Shown here piece after piece: positions 50,701 to 61,214 of a stretch of 64,000 nt of DNA. Each line of letters begins with the position of its first letter. The first letter of the stretch is position 1. The stretch comes from Phoronis australis. Taxonomy: Eukaryota; Animalia; Phoronida. Position numbers and translations under genes: made by a program. The stretch is from the NCBI GenBank assembly GCA_002633005.1, contig NMRA01000746.1:1-64000 (forward strand). The letters run 5' to 3'. The notes under the pieces are model-generated. The model had not been told where the DNA came from, did no database searches, and saw only the letters and a list, made by a program, of their open reading frames with translations.

Positions 50701-53700
50701 CGGCTGCAAATAAAAGAACAGAGGATGACAAACCTTCTCCCATTAAAAAACAGGACTCCAAATCGGCACTGCCGAGTAAAAAACCAACAGAGAAAACATC
50801 TCCGCCTCCCAAACAATCTGAAGAGAAACCGGCCGAGCCAAAACGGGAAATGTCGCAGGAGAAAATGAGCCGAGAGAAAAAAGAGAAGGCGGCGACTCCA
50901 GTTCGTGAAAAACAAGATGCTGGGAAGGAAAAGGCCCAGGAAGAGGAGGAATATAAGGCCAAGATGGCGGAGAAACGACGTCAGGCACGTGAGAAGGCTG
51001 AGAGAGAGGCAGAGTTGAAGAGACAACAAGAAGAGGAACTGAGGTATGTGTGGCTCACCCTGGTGGCATCTACCTTGAGGGGTTTTGTATTTAGTTATTG
51101 TCATTTAATGAAATTGAAAAAATGAAATTTTGCTAAGTGTTCACTGAATAAAAGTAGCATGAAGTTATTTGATAATACAAACCACTCCATTTGTTGTTTG
51201 GGGGAGGCACCAACCTTTTTTCAATGAGAAACATTCTATACACACAACCCTTTGGCATTGTGAGAGCTCAGAAGGATCTTTTGTTTGTCCCCCATTGCTA
51301 ATTCAGACATACAAGATGGTTGAATTTTACACTGATGAATTGTGATCCCTGTCATTCGCGATCATTTTGAGATGTGGGACATTTGTGTTTGAATCATGTA
51401 GGCAAACCGCTGTCCAAAAGTGGCAATTTGACGGCATGATGGTCACTAAAACTTTATAAAAACACTAGAAAATATCCATCAGCATTAAATCTACAAGAAT
51501 TTAGAACACTGGTAACCTTAATGCCATCTAGTGACAAGGCGTACTTCATCATGTCGCCTTGTATTGGAAAATGGCTATTTGATAATGGCCATGTTCTGTC
51601 ACGTCATATATCTGGTGATCTTTGCTGACAGCATATTTGAGTTGACTCTTGGGCATTGATATATGCTTAGTGGTCTTAAAGCCCAGAAATCAACTGGCTT
51701 TCAATATGAACAGGATTCTAATTGAAGCATCATAATGATTGTCATCAACACAAAAATTTGTCTAGAACCAGTTGCATTCTTTGTCTCTCAATTTTGTTCT
51801 GTACCAAGCCTAGTAATTATCTGAAGCAGTATGTTGTGGTTGATTTGAACTTTAAATTACGTAATTTTCATAAGCTGTAATTTGCAGTTGTGTTACTTGC
51901 CACAGAGCGTACTAAGATGAATTCCATCATTCTGAAGTGAAGGATTGCTTTTGTGTTATACTCAAGTTTAGCAAGCAAAGATGTCCGTCTCAAAAATTAC
52001 AAAAACGTTCAAATACAATAGAAAGCTAGTCATTATTTGAAGCAAAATATTCTGGTCAATTTCAGATTTCAACTTTAAGTTATGTAATTTCCATATGCTG
52101 TAATGTTCTGTTGTGTTACTGGCCAGAGTGTACTAAAATGAATTTCATAATTCTTAATTGATCTAGGATTGCTTTTGTGTCATGTCTCAATTGAAGAATA
52201 CTAACAGACTGGTGGGATATCCTTTATTCTCAACCAGGGTTGGCTGGAAATATAGTTGTTTCATCAGACACTTTCCATGTGTGATGAAGGGTTGCACTGT
52301 CAATGGTGAATACAGCCTCTCACTGGGTAACCAATAGTAACAGTGAAGTAATATTTGGGCATTCTGGCTCGCAATCAAGAAATGCCTTTGTCACTCATGA
52401 CTGCTGCAACAACAAGAACAAGCTAAATTGATTAATTCTACACAAAAAAGAATGGATTCACTGTGAGATGGGGACATTAAGTTTCTTGCTTGAAATTGAC
52501 ATTTTGTGACATTTGAGAATTATGTGACAAATTGTGAGAAATTAGCGCAGCCAATAAGTAGGCTGTTAGTGTTTTGTTGGGTTTAGACTTCTTTTATGTT
52601 GCATCGAGTGGTGGTTGTTTTTCATGAATTGTAAGTTTATGGAATTCATCATTATCACTGACAAATATTGTGTCCCCCTTATGTTACAAAAGCAAACTTG
52701 ATGTGACTTATACATGCAAAAAGCTCCAAAAAGGTGTGACAATTGAGACTTTCCTGTGACTTTTTGAAAATTTTGAGATGCAACAAATTGTGACTAAACA
52801 CGAAATCATTCTCTGGCACAATTTCTTGTTTTATGACTAACGGCGAGATAAAAAACAGCCGACATAAAAATGGCTCATCATGTTTTCTTTGTGACTCCCA
52901 GACTGTTCATAACAGACATCCAAAGCAGGGCAAATGCACTAATACCTGTTCACAAAATTCCCCTATCGTTGCGCCCTCCCTTCACAGGGCCACTCTTCCA
53001 GCACTGTAAAAGAGACCAGATCATTTAATCTTCTTATAGCTCTCCTGTAATTCTCCAGCTTGGGACAGTATCAAAAATTCGAGACAGTTATAACCGAAAA
53101 TGAATTTCCTTGAATCTGAAGATTGGGGACCCAGGGCCCTCGTTCATCCGAGGGGAAAGGTGCCTGTGCCTTCTGAGTAGGGAATATTTCTGGGTGAGGG
53201 GAAAATTCTATGTCCTGATCATGATCAATAGCATCCCCCACCCTGTTGCAAACCTCAAGGGCTATGCCTCAGGTAGCCAAAACTTAATATTTTGTTCTCC
53301 TTCAAATTGTCACCTTCGTGAGTTACATGTGATTTGAACCTTGAGGGGAATTTTTCAATCACTTGAGGGGAATTGATGGGTATCAGGAAGGGAATTTCGT
53401 GAGATTTTTTGATATTTTAGAGAGGGTAATGGGGCCGATATTCGGCTCCAAAATCGAGGGATTGAGGGCACTGTAAGATGAATATTTTGGGACACTGTGT
53501 TTTGAAGGTAGACATTGTTATCCTAGTACAAACTGAATTTTCTGAATTCTGAAAATTGGGATATGGACAATTTTAGCGTTCATCGGATTTCTCAAAATTT
53601 TGGACACTGTGTTTTCTATCAAAAATTGACTTGGCAGTTTGTAAAATCATAAAAAATATCAGTTGAAGCAACGTGCCTCTATAGGTGTAACATCGAGGTG

Positions 53701-56700
53701 AATGGTTGTTTATCATTTATGGTATTTCTTAAATTTGGGACAGCCAGTATTGTCGTTAAGTTTCTAAAATTTGGTACATGGTAGATGCCTAGCTTAATGT
53801 TCTCCAGGCAGGCAACAACGAGTAGATAAAAGTATACAAAAACTGTTTTCATTCCCTTTGTATCAGACGACAGGAAGAGGAACGCAGACAACGTGAAGAG
53901 GAAGAACACAGACGTATGGTTGAGGAGCAGACGCGGCTTGCCGAGGAGGCACGCCGGGCTGAGGAGGAACGTCTGCAGAAAGCTATAGAAGAGGCAGAGC
54001 TCAAGAAGAAGGAGGAGGCTGAGAGAATGGAGGCGGAGAGGATAGCTGTATGTCATCTGGTTATTGAGAGAATACTTGAATGCAATAGTGTATATGGTTT
54101 GAATGTTCCTATGAAACCGTTTACATGTAGCCTATTTCTTTAACGGGATGAGTACTTTCAGTCGTCCAGTTGAGTAAATGATATGTAGAAAATTAAATTA
54201 ATTACTGTACTTACTGATTGAGTTGACTACGCTGCGTCCTCCTCTCGAGGACTTCGGCAGGCCACTGAGATGTCACGTGACTCATCATGGCTGACAAGCT
54301 TTTTTAATCATTCCTACAAGTACTATCCATGAACAGCAGAAGCTCTGAAGACATCTTCTGGAACTTTGGAGGATTCTATTGCATATGTGTGAGCACATTA
54401 TACAAACTTCAATGTGTGCTTACCAACTGTGCTTCAGAGACGTGGCGTAGAGGTTCAAAATGTTGTTACGTTGTTGAGGTGTGTTCAGAAATGGTCACAT
54501 AGTCTATGAATATCATGCAAAAAATTCATGGTTCTGTGACATATTTTTAAAAAATATTGTTCAAACATAAAAATTATGTACCATCAAAATGTATTGATAC
54601 GGCACTCAATTATTTCAGTTGCCAACAAATATGTATAATATTTATGACTGTCAGATACCAATTAATCGCACTCTTCATATTTTACAATCGGTCACACGGG
54701 GGATTTTTGATGTCAATTTATCAGAGTTGGTTTGGTTGATAATGATGGTCTATGAACTTGAAGGAAAGTTCAATGTCACAAGTTAGAAAATGTGCTATAT
54801 GTTTTGAACATTCTTGTAATGCAGTCAAGTCACAGTTTGGTTGTATCATGTCAGTGTTATATTGCCTTGCTATAGTAGCTCCTAGGATGGTTAGTTTTGT
54901 GACTGTGCAACCAACAAGAGTAGTTTGAACAGTCGAGTGCGTGTGGGAATGTATACACTGTAATATTAATTTTAACGTTCTCTAACGCTTTGTTTTCAAT
55001 AGAAAGAAGAAGCAGAGAAGAAAGCTCGTGAAGAAGCTGAACGTCTTGAGCTCGAGAGACAGGAGAGGGCGAAGAAAGAGGAAGAGGAACGCCAGGAGAG
55101 GAGAAAGGTGGGGTGTACAGGCGGAGCGGAGTACTGTAGTGGGAGGAGTCACTGAGTGCAATGGGGGACTTACAAGATGTTATTGACGTTGGCGTGGATA
55201 ATGTGATGTCATAGCTAGGTGACACCACGTCAAAATTTACAATGCGTGCAGGCGGTATTTCATTGTAAATTATGTTGCTTGCATGTAATGCAGCTGATTT
55301 CAGTTCCTTGTTCTTCAAGTGTGTAAAGTATAGAGTCTCTGGACGCTAGTGCCATCTAGTAGACTGTTTAAAAAGAAAGTGTTATGTATGTATCATTTGT
55401 GGTTAGGATGGTATTGGATTTTAGGCAACGTCTGAACAAAAACAGGATTTTGATTTCATTGTCTGGATGAAAGTGGTGTGTATGTATATGATGTTAGTGA
55501 CTGTATGTTGAAACCTCGTTGGAGCAAAGCTGCTTCCAAACACAAGGAAGCTTTTTTTTCTTTCAAATGAACTATTGTGATTTTGATGTTTGTTGCTAAA
55601 GGAGGAAGTGTTATTTTCAGTTCTCGGGGTAATATTATATTTTACACTGGGTCTGCTTTATTTCATAGCGTCTTGAGATGATTATGAAGAGAGTGAAGAC
55701 TGACTCTCCGGAAACCGTGTCCAAGGAACCCGTATCCAAAGAAAGTACACCTCCAGCCTCGGTGGAAACTGCGCCACCTGGTGATGGACCTAAGGAGGAG
55801 CCAAAGTTTAAATCGCCTCTTTTACAAAACTTACTCGGCAAGCGTTCAATGCCGGACAAACTGTGTCAGTTGAGCAACCAGTCGGAACAGTCAGATGAGA
55901 ACGGTGACTCATCAACGCCACCTGTGAATGGCTCTGGAGATTCTCAGATGAACGGACCAGTCATAGTAAATGAGGCTGTGTCTGGTGATCAGCTGCCTGA
56001 CAGTCATGCGATGGAGAGTACAAATGAACAGACTGACGTGTTAGTGAACAATGAACAAAGTTCTGATGTCACGGGCGAGCATGAGTCAGCCAGAAATGGC
56101 GGTGACGGAGATATCACATCAGTAAAAGAGATTATGACATCGAATGATGACAAGGACGTGGATGAAAGTGATAGTTTGAAAACGAGTGCAATAGAGAGTA
56201 CTGCGGTGAACGGTTCACCGGCGCATGAAAAGTGAGTAGGTCATTGAGTGTAACATAGTTTGGCATGTGTCCGCATTAGATTATATTTTTAAATGTAAAT
56301 GTATTATGGTAATGGCCAACCTTCTAAAGTCTTCATGTTTCACTGAACAATTTTTAACTCACCATTTTCAATCCTTAAATGTAAAATCTTCTGAACCCTC
56401 GATGATTGGAAAATGTTAGCTCATGCCGTAAAATGTTGTGCAGTTGTCGCATGACCCCTGTTCTTGGGTAAAATGGGCATTTTTTTACTTGAATACGGGT
56501 TTCCTTAAACACAAAAACTTGGTGAAACTTCGTGTATTCTTATGGTGATCATATTTGGAGCTGTGTCATAGATTTTCTATGAACTCTCAAACGACAGAGA
56601 AGTGTGCCTTGTTGAACAAACTCGCAGAAATCTCGTGTGTTGATTTGGGACAAGTATAATGATATTAGACTCCTGTCTTTGCTTGTTGAATGGATATTTT

Positions 56701-58772
56701 AGGTGTCTACAGCACTTGTATTTCTGTACTATTGTTTCAGTATTAGATTGGAAAGTTAAATTCATCTTAAATAGAATTGCCAATTGAATGGAATCTGAAA
56801 ATTTAAGGATGATTTTGTGTTACATTTCACTGGCGCTACAAGCCGAACATGATTTAAGAGACTTTAAAACACACGAGCAGATACCTTTGTTTCTTCTGAC
56901 TGTCACGTGTGACAATTTTATTGGCTCTAACTCCAGTTTTTGTATCGTTTGTTCCTGTCATTCTGGTGTAATTGGCGTTGCTGTAATTTCCGTTTCAGAT
57001 TGGTTGTCATAGATGACCTGCAAAACGAGTGTAGCAAACAAACTGAACATTTCGAAGAAGTCATAGATCTGTCTAGTAAGCCAGTCGACCCCCTGAACAG
57101 CCATATAGATTCAACAGCGCCACTCATAGCCTTCGCAGAGGACACTAGTTTAAAGACAGGTAGACCAATTGGCATGCAAACTAAAGCCGGAGTATTTCAT
57201 AACCGTTCTTTAAGTGGTAAACGGGAGGCAAGTATACTTGTGGAACATGATCACAGGGTGGCTGTCAAAAGTGTTTTTTGAGCTTTTTTGTTTAATTTTC
57301 TGAGTTTTACTTTTTAACTGATTCATTTGGAACACACATGCACACTCTGAAAGAATCTTTATTGCGTGGAAAGTTTTTGAAGCCGTGCATGAAAAATATT
57401 CCTTCAAACTTGAGCCGTCTTTTGTGTGATGATGTAGCGTTGTGGTTTTGACGACACTTGCCTCGCGTTTGAAATCATTTAGTTAATCATGAAATTCCGT
57501 GCTTGTATGCTTTGATTGTCCCATTTAAGTTCGGTACACGTTTGTCACTGTTTTGTTTTTGCATTTAGCTTTCTGTAGTGTTTTTGCAACGTTATGCGAG
57601 TCTTTTCTAGAGGGGAGTTGAGATACGAGAGATGCAGACCCGAGACAGCCAGAAAACTTTGGATGTCCTGGTTGTAATTTAAGTGCTTAATGTTGTGATA
57701 AGAATTGCTTTTTATGATTAGTTCACTACAAAAACATCGTTATTTCAGTATCTATGCACTCCCTCACTGTCAGTAGATAAAATAAATATCCATTTGTTTT
57801 GGTGGTTGGTAACATCGTAAAATCTGTCCGATTTGGGTCAAGGGAAATTTCTTTTTCGTTTTTTACAGAAGGTAAATAACACCAAAATTTTGCACCGTAG
57901 CTACCATCTGATCTGATGTTTTTAGAAGTGTGTGCATTCACACTAAACAGAAACGAAAGGAGATCAATTTTATGGCAATTCATTTTGTCCCAAATTGGTT
58001 AGATTATTTTGTAATTGCTTGTTACTATCTTGTGTGACCAAGTTACACAGTTCTATCGAAATTGATGAACCTTGGGGTTTGGCAAGGATTTAGTGGTTGT
58101 GATTGACGTATTCCTTTATTGACAGGTCTTTGTTTTTAGCCTTTTATACAAAGTAAATAATGTGTATTTTCTGGAAGTATCCTGTAGAAGTTGATTTTTT
58201 ACTTTATATAAGCTGCCATTAATTGGGAAACGTGACTGTGTCTGTTAAATAAAACTTACCCAAGACAATGGTAACAATTATACGACCAAATTTCGTTTGT
58301 TTTAGATGAAATTTCAATAACACCGTTCCAATTTTCTAAATTATCAAGTTGTTCTGTTGCAACTTTGGATTTTTTATTCAGAAAAATCATAGAAGTCCTA
58401 TTTTCGATTGCCTCTCGTGGCAAATTGAAACATTTTTAAAACAATTTTTTGAAAGATATTGGGGAACAGTGTATAAACCATAGTATATCAAAGTTTCACG
58501 TGAATCTGATCAACCGTTTCTGGAATATGATGTTCGGAGTTAGACAAATTGTAACTTTTTACGGGTCCTTCATAACCTTGAACATGTTTCATGAAATGCC
58601 CTGTGTCCTGCACTACAAACTCTCAGCCTGCATACTGCATGCAGCGAGTTAGACAAATGTGTGTAGATGGTAATAGCCCGCTGGCGTGTTTCAGTTAATA
58701 ACACAATTTTACAAGTCAACACTGGTATTTTGCTGACACAATTTTCTTGGTATTTCAGATCTACTCTCGTGA
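6703..58772 (+). CDS. MAP7: MAP7 domain-containing protein / ensconsin (microtubule-associated protein 7 family), multi-exon, ~935 aa with all exons
   Basis: Exon chain 6703-6751, 11600-11689, 13782-13802, 30816-31048, 41898-42156, 44757-44894, 46217-46438, 47073-47338, 50028-50066, 50577-51043, 53867-54047, 55003-55107, 55669-56231, 56999-57159, 58759-58772 totals 2808 nt, with all junctions GT-AG and phase-compatible. It encodes an N-terminal R/E/K coiled coil (ERRAAVEERRKK), a S/P-rich middle, a MAP7 domain (MAEKRRQAREKAERE...ERRKRLEMIMKRVK) and a C-terminal FEEVIDL...PLIAF motif as in vertebrate MAP7. Confidence 0.9.
7223..7406 (+). mobile_element. MITE family A, decayed copy next to the SINE
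   Basis: CCCTCGTTCG...GAGGGGAAAA and GGGCTCCAAAATGGAGGCTTGAAAGACACT resemble the ends of 53132-53473. Confidence 0.5.
7422..7640 (+). mobile_element. tRNA-derived SINE, copy 1
   Basis: A-box-like GTGGCTCAGTGA, B-box-like GATTTGAATCC, purine-rich tail; homologous to 38490-38647 on the minus strand. Confidence 0.75.
11600..11689 (+). CDS. MAP7: MAP7-like exon 2 (VGDHLASEPAGSQPLSSASSTTKSPLSKHQ)
   Basis: tttcttttttag acceptor, CAAG|gtaagg donor, 90 nt, phase 1-1. Confidence 0.75.
13782..13802 (+). CDS. MAP7: Candidate 21-nt microexon (DRQHRQE)
   Basis: ccttttcgtacag acceptor, GAGT|gtaagt donor, CTAAC branch-like site at ~13740, frame-preserving phase 1-1. Confidence 0.6.
15093..15498 (+). pseudogene. 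Transposase N-terminal Cys/His-rich exon, with premature stops
   Basis: MATLVGTCCSFS...CPLHRNKFG...CAYPDH...(TGA at 15414 and 15420)...LPVGS then G|gtatgc donor; the CPxHR/CxxPxH/PVGS pattern recalls large marine-invertebrate transposases. Confidence 0.65.
15525..17359. mobile_element. Nested 1.8-kb foldback/MITE-like element with modular inverted arms
   Basis: Imperfect ~46-bp TIRs (TGGCAAGATATAGGGTAGAGTGAAAACGTGCATTTTAAAATGTGTC at 15525-15570 versus 17311-17356). The module GACACAAATGGxxAATAATCGACACATTT repeats directly on the left arm and inverted on the right arm; 16200-16257 is inverted at 16440-16498. Confidence 0.8.
17083..17176 (+). repeat. 34-bp GC-rich minisatellite x3 inside the foldback element
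   Basis: GGCCAGTGGAAGACAGGGGGCGC at 17083, 17117 and 17151. Confidence 0.9.
18106..18660 (+). pseudogene. Transposase C-terminal exon, frameshifted
   Basis: tttttttcag acceptor; EEGWALK, frameshift at ~18175, then KAPRMSEGVMDFLTNMFNDGEKSGQKADP...QISSFFSRL...HPIMYGGENLC...KRKSEF...CAC. Confidence 0.7.
19679..19959. mobile_element. Truncated hAT-type MITE nested in the TTAA transposon
   Basis: Right end CTAGATCCGCCAATG (CATTGGCGGATCTAG terminus) and GGGGGCCC/GGCCCCCCC subterminal blocks; left end eroded. Confidence 0.5.
28557..29134. mobile_element. 578-bp palindromic foldback MITE with internal ~21-bp subrepeats
   Basis: CAAGGTACCTAAACTAC...GTAGTTTAGGTACCTTG termini, ATATA on both flanks, arms inverted around a short spacer at ~28765-28798, extra 126-bp module in the right arm. 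Confidence 0.9.
30816..31048 (+). CDS. MAP7: MAP7-like exon, N-terminal coiled coil (microtubule-binding region)
   Basis: ttgcttacag acceptor; AQKQREREERTRQFREKLAEEHRRKMEE...ERRAAVEERRKKQLEQEK; AAG|gtagga donor. Confidence 0.92.
31034..31570 (+). repeat. Degenerate ~80-95-bp purine-rich tandem repeat starting inside the exon end; purine-rich tract continues to ~32010
   Basis: A TTGGAGCAGGxxAAGGTAGGAAG...GATGTAAA unit recurs at ~31034, ~31273, ~31368 and ~31459. Confidence 0.7.
33485..33870 (+). mobile_element. Old MITE family B (GTCCCAAA subrepeats); a second, inverted copy at ~53040-53810 is split by MITE A
   Basis: Imperfect TTCTCCAG..GGG inverted ends; AATATTGGCTGTCCCAAATTCAAG (~33570) matches the reverse complement of ~53728-53751. 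Confidence 0.5.
35476..35774 (+). mobile_element. MITE family A, second copy
   Basis: CCCTCGTTCGAGGGGAAAGGTGCATGTGCCTTCTGAG...GGGATTGAGGGCCCTG is colinear with 53132-53473. Confidence 0.75.
38490..38647 (-). mobile_element. tRNA-derived SINE, copy 2 (same family)
   Basis: Reverse complement GGAGACAATGTGGCTCACTGG...GGATCGAATCCTGGC...GAGCATTGCACAAAGGTGTCTC...CTGAGCTCGGTCTTGC aligns with 7422-7560. Confidence 0.75.
40763..40831 (+). CDS. MAP7: Candidate alternative first coding exon (MDSGTSDSMSVDTCGSSVSDCLG)
   Basis: gccATGG Kozak context, 23 codons, GGG|gtaaga donor in phase 0 matching the acceptor at 41898. Confidence 0.5.
41898..42156 (+). CDS. MAP7: MAP7-like exon (EKRDELLKKNQDRESRLEEMKKKRG...FGFGSCTPR)
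   Basis: ttactttcag acceptor, CAAG|gtttgc donor; continues the coiled coil and carries the FGFGSxTPR motif seen in invertebrate ensconsins. Confidence 0.9.
44369..44422 (+). repeat. (GT)n/(GCGT)n microsatellite
   Basis: Direct reading. Confidence 0.9.
44757..44894 (+). CDS. MAP7: MAP7-like exon (GAKGDRLLQSKRKVYSKSTTNLS...)
   Basis: caacag acceptor, CCCG|gtaagg donor, 138 nt, phase 1-1, SKSTTNL motif. Confidence 0.8.
46217..46438 (+). CDS. MAP7: MAP7-like exon with two in-frame acceptors (46217 and 46238)
   Basis: ctctctcaccgcag and tctcttctag acceptors 21 nt apart; RQRPHSVAGRLS; AGAG|gtaaac donor. Confidence 0.75.
47073..47338 (+). CDS. MAP7: MAP7-like exon (AASAQAKRSRSSDLRKS...SIDRLSSPKPK...)
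   Basis: gattttcag acceptor, AAG|gtttgt donor; basic, S/P-rich, with an xxRLxxP-type motif. Confidence 0.85.
47677..47735 (+). repeat. (CA)n microsatellite
   Basis: Direct reading, ~23 uninterrupted units then variants. Confidence 0.95.
48423..48526. mobile_element. ~100-bp palindromic mini-MITE; related copies at ~24825-24926 and ~63250-63310
   Basis: AATAGTCAC...CGAGAACCAGTTTT-loop-AAAACTGGTTCTCG...GTGACTATT; the GAGAACCA...TGGTTCT core recurs at ~24846 and ~63253. Confidence 0.7.
50028..50066 (+). CDS. MAP7: Candidate 39-nt small exon (GPVKAVPVQMVKK)
   Basis: cctcctgttttacag acceptor, AAG|gtgtgt donor, phase 0-0. Confidence 0.65.
50577..51043 (+). CDS. MAP7: MAP7-like exon, Pro/Lys-rich linker and start of the MAP7 domain
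   Basis: tattctttag acceptor; ends EEEYKAKMAEKRRQAREKAEREAELKRQQEEEL; AG|gtatgt donor. Confidence 0.92.
51848..52185 (+). repeat. Diverged direct duplication of ~110 bp, period ~223 bp
   Basis: AACTTTAAxTTAxGTAATTTxCATAxGCTGTAAT...GGATTGCTTTTGTGT at ~51848 and ~52071. Confidence 0.75.
53132..53473 (+). mobile_element. MITE family A (CAGGGCCCTC...GAGGGCACTG termini, hAT-like)
   Basis: 10-bp TIR; homologous copies at 35476-35774 and, internally deleted, 7223-7406. Confidence 0.75.
53867..54047 (+). CDS. MAP7: MAP7-like exon, MAP7 domain E/R/K helix
   Basis: ccctttgtatcag acceptor; RQEEERRQREEEEHRRMVEEQTRLAEEARRAEEERLQKAIEEAE; GCT|gtatgt donor. Confidence 0.92.
55003..55107 (+). CDS. MAP7: MAP7-like exon (KEEAEKKAREEAERLELERQERAKKEEEERQERRK)
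   Basis: ttgttttcaatag acceptor, AAG|gtgggg donor, 105 nt, phase 0-0; not present in the ORF track. Confidence 0.92.
55669..56231 (+). CDS. MAP7: MAP7-like exon: RLEMIMKRVK end of the MAP7 domain plus acidic disordered tail
   Basis: tttcatag acceptor; RLEMIMKR corresponds to MAP7 RLEEIMKR; AA|gtgagt donor. Confidence 0.92.
56999..57159 (+). CDS. MAP7: MAP7-like penultimate exon (FEEVIDL...PLIAF)
   Basis: tttccgtttcag acceptor in phase 2, conserved C-terminal MAP7 motifs, ACAG|gtagac donor. Confidence 0.85.
58759..58772 (+). CDS. MAP7: MAP7-like terminal coding exon (DLLS-stop), followed by a ~1.7-kb 3' UTR
   Basis: ttttcttggtatttcag acceptor, phase 1, TGA at 58770-58772. Confidence 0.65.
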
Positions 58773-60453
58773 TTTTTGTCTCGTGCATTGTAATAATGAA
58801 CTAAAAGGATTAAGGCAAACAAACCTCTCGATCGAACATCTTTGGCAGAACGCAGAACATGTCATGGAGGCTAGACAAGCAGCTCTGCTGGAAGTACTGG
58901 AGGATTGTGGGATAGGAGAGGGTGACGACGACAGTGAAAGTGAGGAGGCTCAAATCTGGCACATGGTGCAGGGCGACACACCATAGTTGGTGTGATTGAA
59001 CTTTCTGGTGCTGTCTCGTGGTTTGCCATGGCGCTATGGAGTTAGTTGAAAGTGCATTCTCATGGAAAGAGATATATTTATGGGTACATGTTGAAAACTA
59101 GTCTGTTTTGTTTGGGGAAATACGACCTCAGATTGTATGTTGCATTTTTCGTCGCTATTTTGGTCAGGACTGTAGCGCTGCAGATCAATGGATTACATGT
59201 TGGTGTGAGTTTAAGAAATGTCTTTTGGAGCCTTCTGTTGTCACGTTTCTGTATCTGCTGTCACCATTATTAGGCCTGCAAGGGTTCGTGAGGATGTAGG
59301 CAATGATGTGAACGTTGGGTGTTCAGTCAAAAATTACACTTTTTAAACAACCAACTGAAAACCGTTAATGTCTTGGGGAAACAACAAAATATCACCATAG
59401 TTGCCTCACTCTGTGTTGACGTCTTCGGATAAGTGAAGAGGAAATTTGTAGGAAACTTTGACAAATCATTTTTTGTCATGCCAAAATGAACTCCCCTCTT
59501 CTTTGTTCAGTTGTCTAGTAAGGTTCACATTCCATGACAGTGTAGTCCAGTGATGGTTCATTGTCATTATTAGCCGTGCTTGTGGTCACAGACATCATGT
59601 GCTTTTGGTTTGACGTGTCTATGTGGTGTTGATAGCTGCATGTTTTTCTCAACCAAATTTAATAATTATTCGTTATGTAATGTGGCCATGCATACATGTC
59701 CACTGGGTAGATGTGTCGACTCCTGTCGCCGATCTGGTGTCATTTAACATTGATGCAGTTCTCTTTGTTATGAAGTCAGTGGTAACTTGGAATGTAGGAT
59801 TTGTTAGTCATTCACAAACAGGTGCATTCATGTCTACTATGGATATGAATTGGATATCTGCTACCTAACCAGTTATAGGTCACTGCTGTGAACCTGGTCC
59901 CATTTTACTAATGTATACATCCATTTCATGTGACACGTCATACAAGAATTTGTAAATTAGTTCAGTTATCAGTTTCAAGACCAGAGAAGTAACCCATATT
60001 GTTAACGTAACTGTACTTTATCTCATAGCGAGTCAACGCAATGACTCCATTATTGTCTAAGCTGGTTTTCTTTATACCTATATTATTATTATTATTATTG
60101 GTGCTTTTATTTAACATTTTGTTGCTCAGGTTAATAGCTTAACGTCCCAAGTATCTGGGTATTGGGATAAAACCTAGGTTTCTAACTTGTTAACCGACAT
60201 GGCCAGATCAAAATGTCTATTTGAAGGATGTCATGGCGACAATCAAAAAGATAAACTGCATCTTTATTTATTATCAACCCAAACAGTAAACTTTGTAGAG
60301 CAACAAATTATTAATGATTATGTGTTGGAATTGTCTCGTGTCTCAGCGGATAGATATCTGCTGGGCAGTGAATGGAATGTAGGCTGTTGTGAATACCTTC
60401 TTTTTGACTGCCTTGGTGGTATGTAATCATGATAAAGCTTTCTATATGTTCTC

Positions 60454-60459
60454 AATAAA
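60454..60459 (+). terminator. Candidate poly(A) signal of the MAP7-like gene
   Basis: AATAAA near the end of the T-rich plus-strand 3' region. Confidence 0.45.
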
Positions 60460-61208
60460 GTGATAATTTGAGGTCTTCATGAATATTCATTCACAATATG
60501 TAGCTAAACTCTCTTAAAGGGTCGTTGTTTTATGGCTGGAAAAGGCATTTCTGGGATTGACCTTTCACCAGTATTTTGAGCGACAGCTTAACTGACCAAT
60601 CAGAAAACATCATTCTTGACACACCTTCATTTCCAAGCTGCCATTTTACCTGACAAACAACATTTTGTCAAGTAAAACTTATTACTTGCCGACTTTTAGC
60701 AAGGGGATGGATCTTGCGGTAAGCCAGTTGTTGTTGGTCAGAACCAGATAGTATTTTTGAAGTTATTAGCTTTGATCATAGCTATAGAACAAAACTTGAG
60801 ATTTTATTACAAATCGCCACTATCTGCCAGACCTCTAAAATCAAAACTGGTGACAACCAACTAAATGCGCTAGTTCTGTTTAGTGCGATGAAGCTCCTCA
60901 CCAGATTGTGGCTGTGATGGTTTGAATCTATGCTAGGGTTGATGTAAAAACTGTCACTTCTCGACAATAACGTTACTTTAAGTCTAGATTTCAACTTCAA
61001 GGAAAACTGCAATTTAGTAGGTTAACCCCCAAGAGGGCAACTTGTACACATGGCATCGTCGTGGTTCCAAGTGCCTGATTTATAGTTGCAGGCTGACCGA
61101 AAACAGCACCCATAACTTAAAAAACTACCATTTTCCTGAAGTTTCCGAGTTGCGATAATATCAAATAAATGCCAATTGAACAACAAAATTCAATGGACAT
61201 TCCAACAC

Positions 61209-61214
61209 TTTATT
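61209..61214 (-). terminator. Candidate poly(A) signal of the katanin gene
   Basis: TTTATT on + (AATAAA on -); strand composition switches to A/C-rich near here. Confidence 0.45.

Noticed and set aside
50541-51104. 187-aa and other minus-strand ORFs over MAP7 exons
   Set aside because: Antisense shadows of E/K/R-rich coding exons
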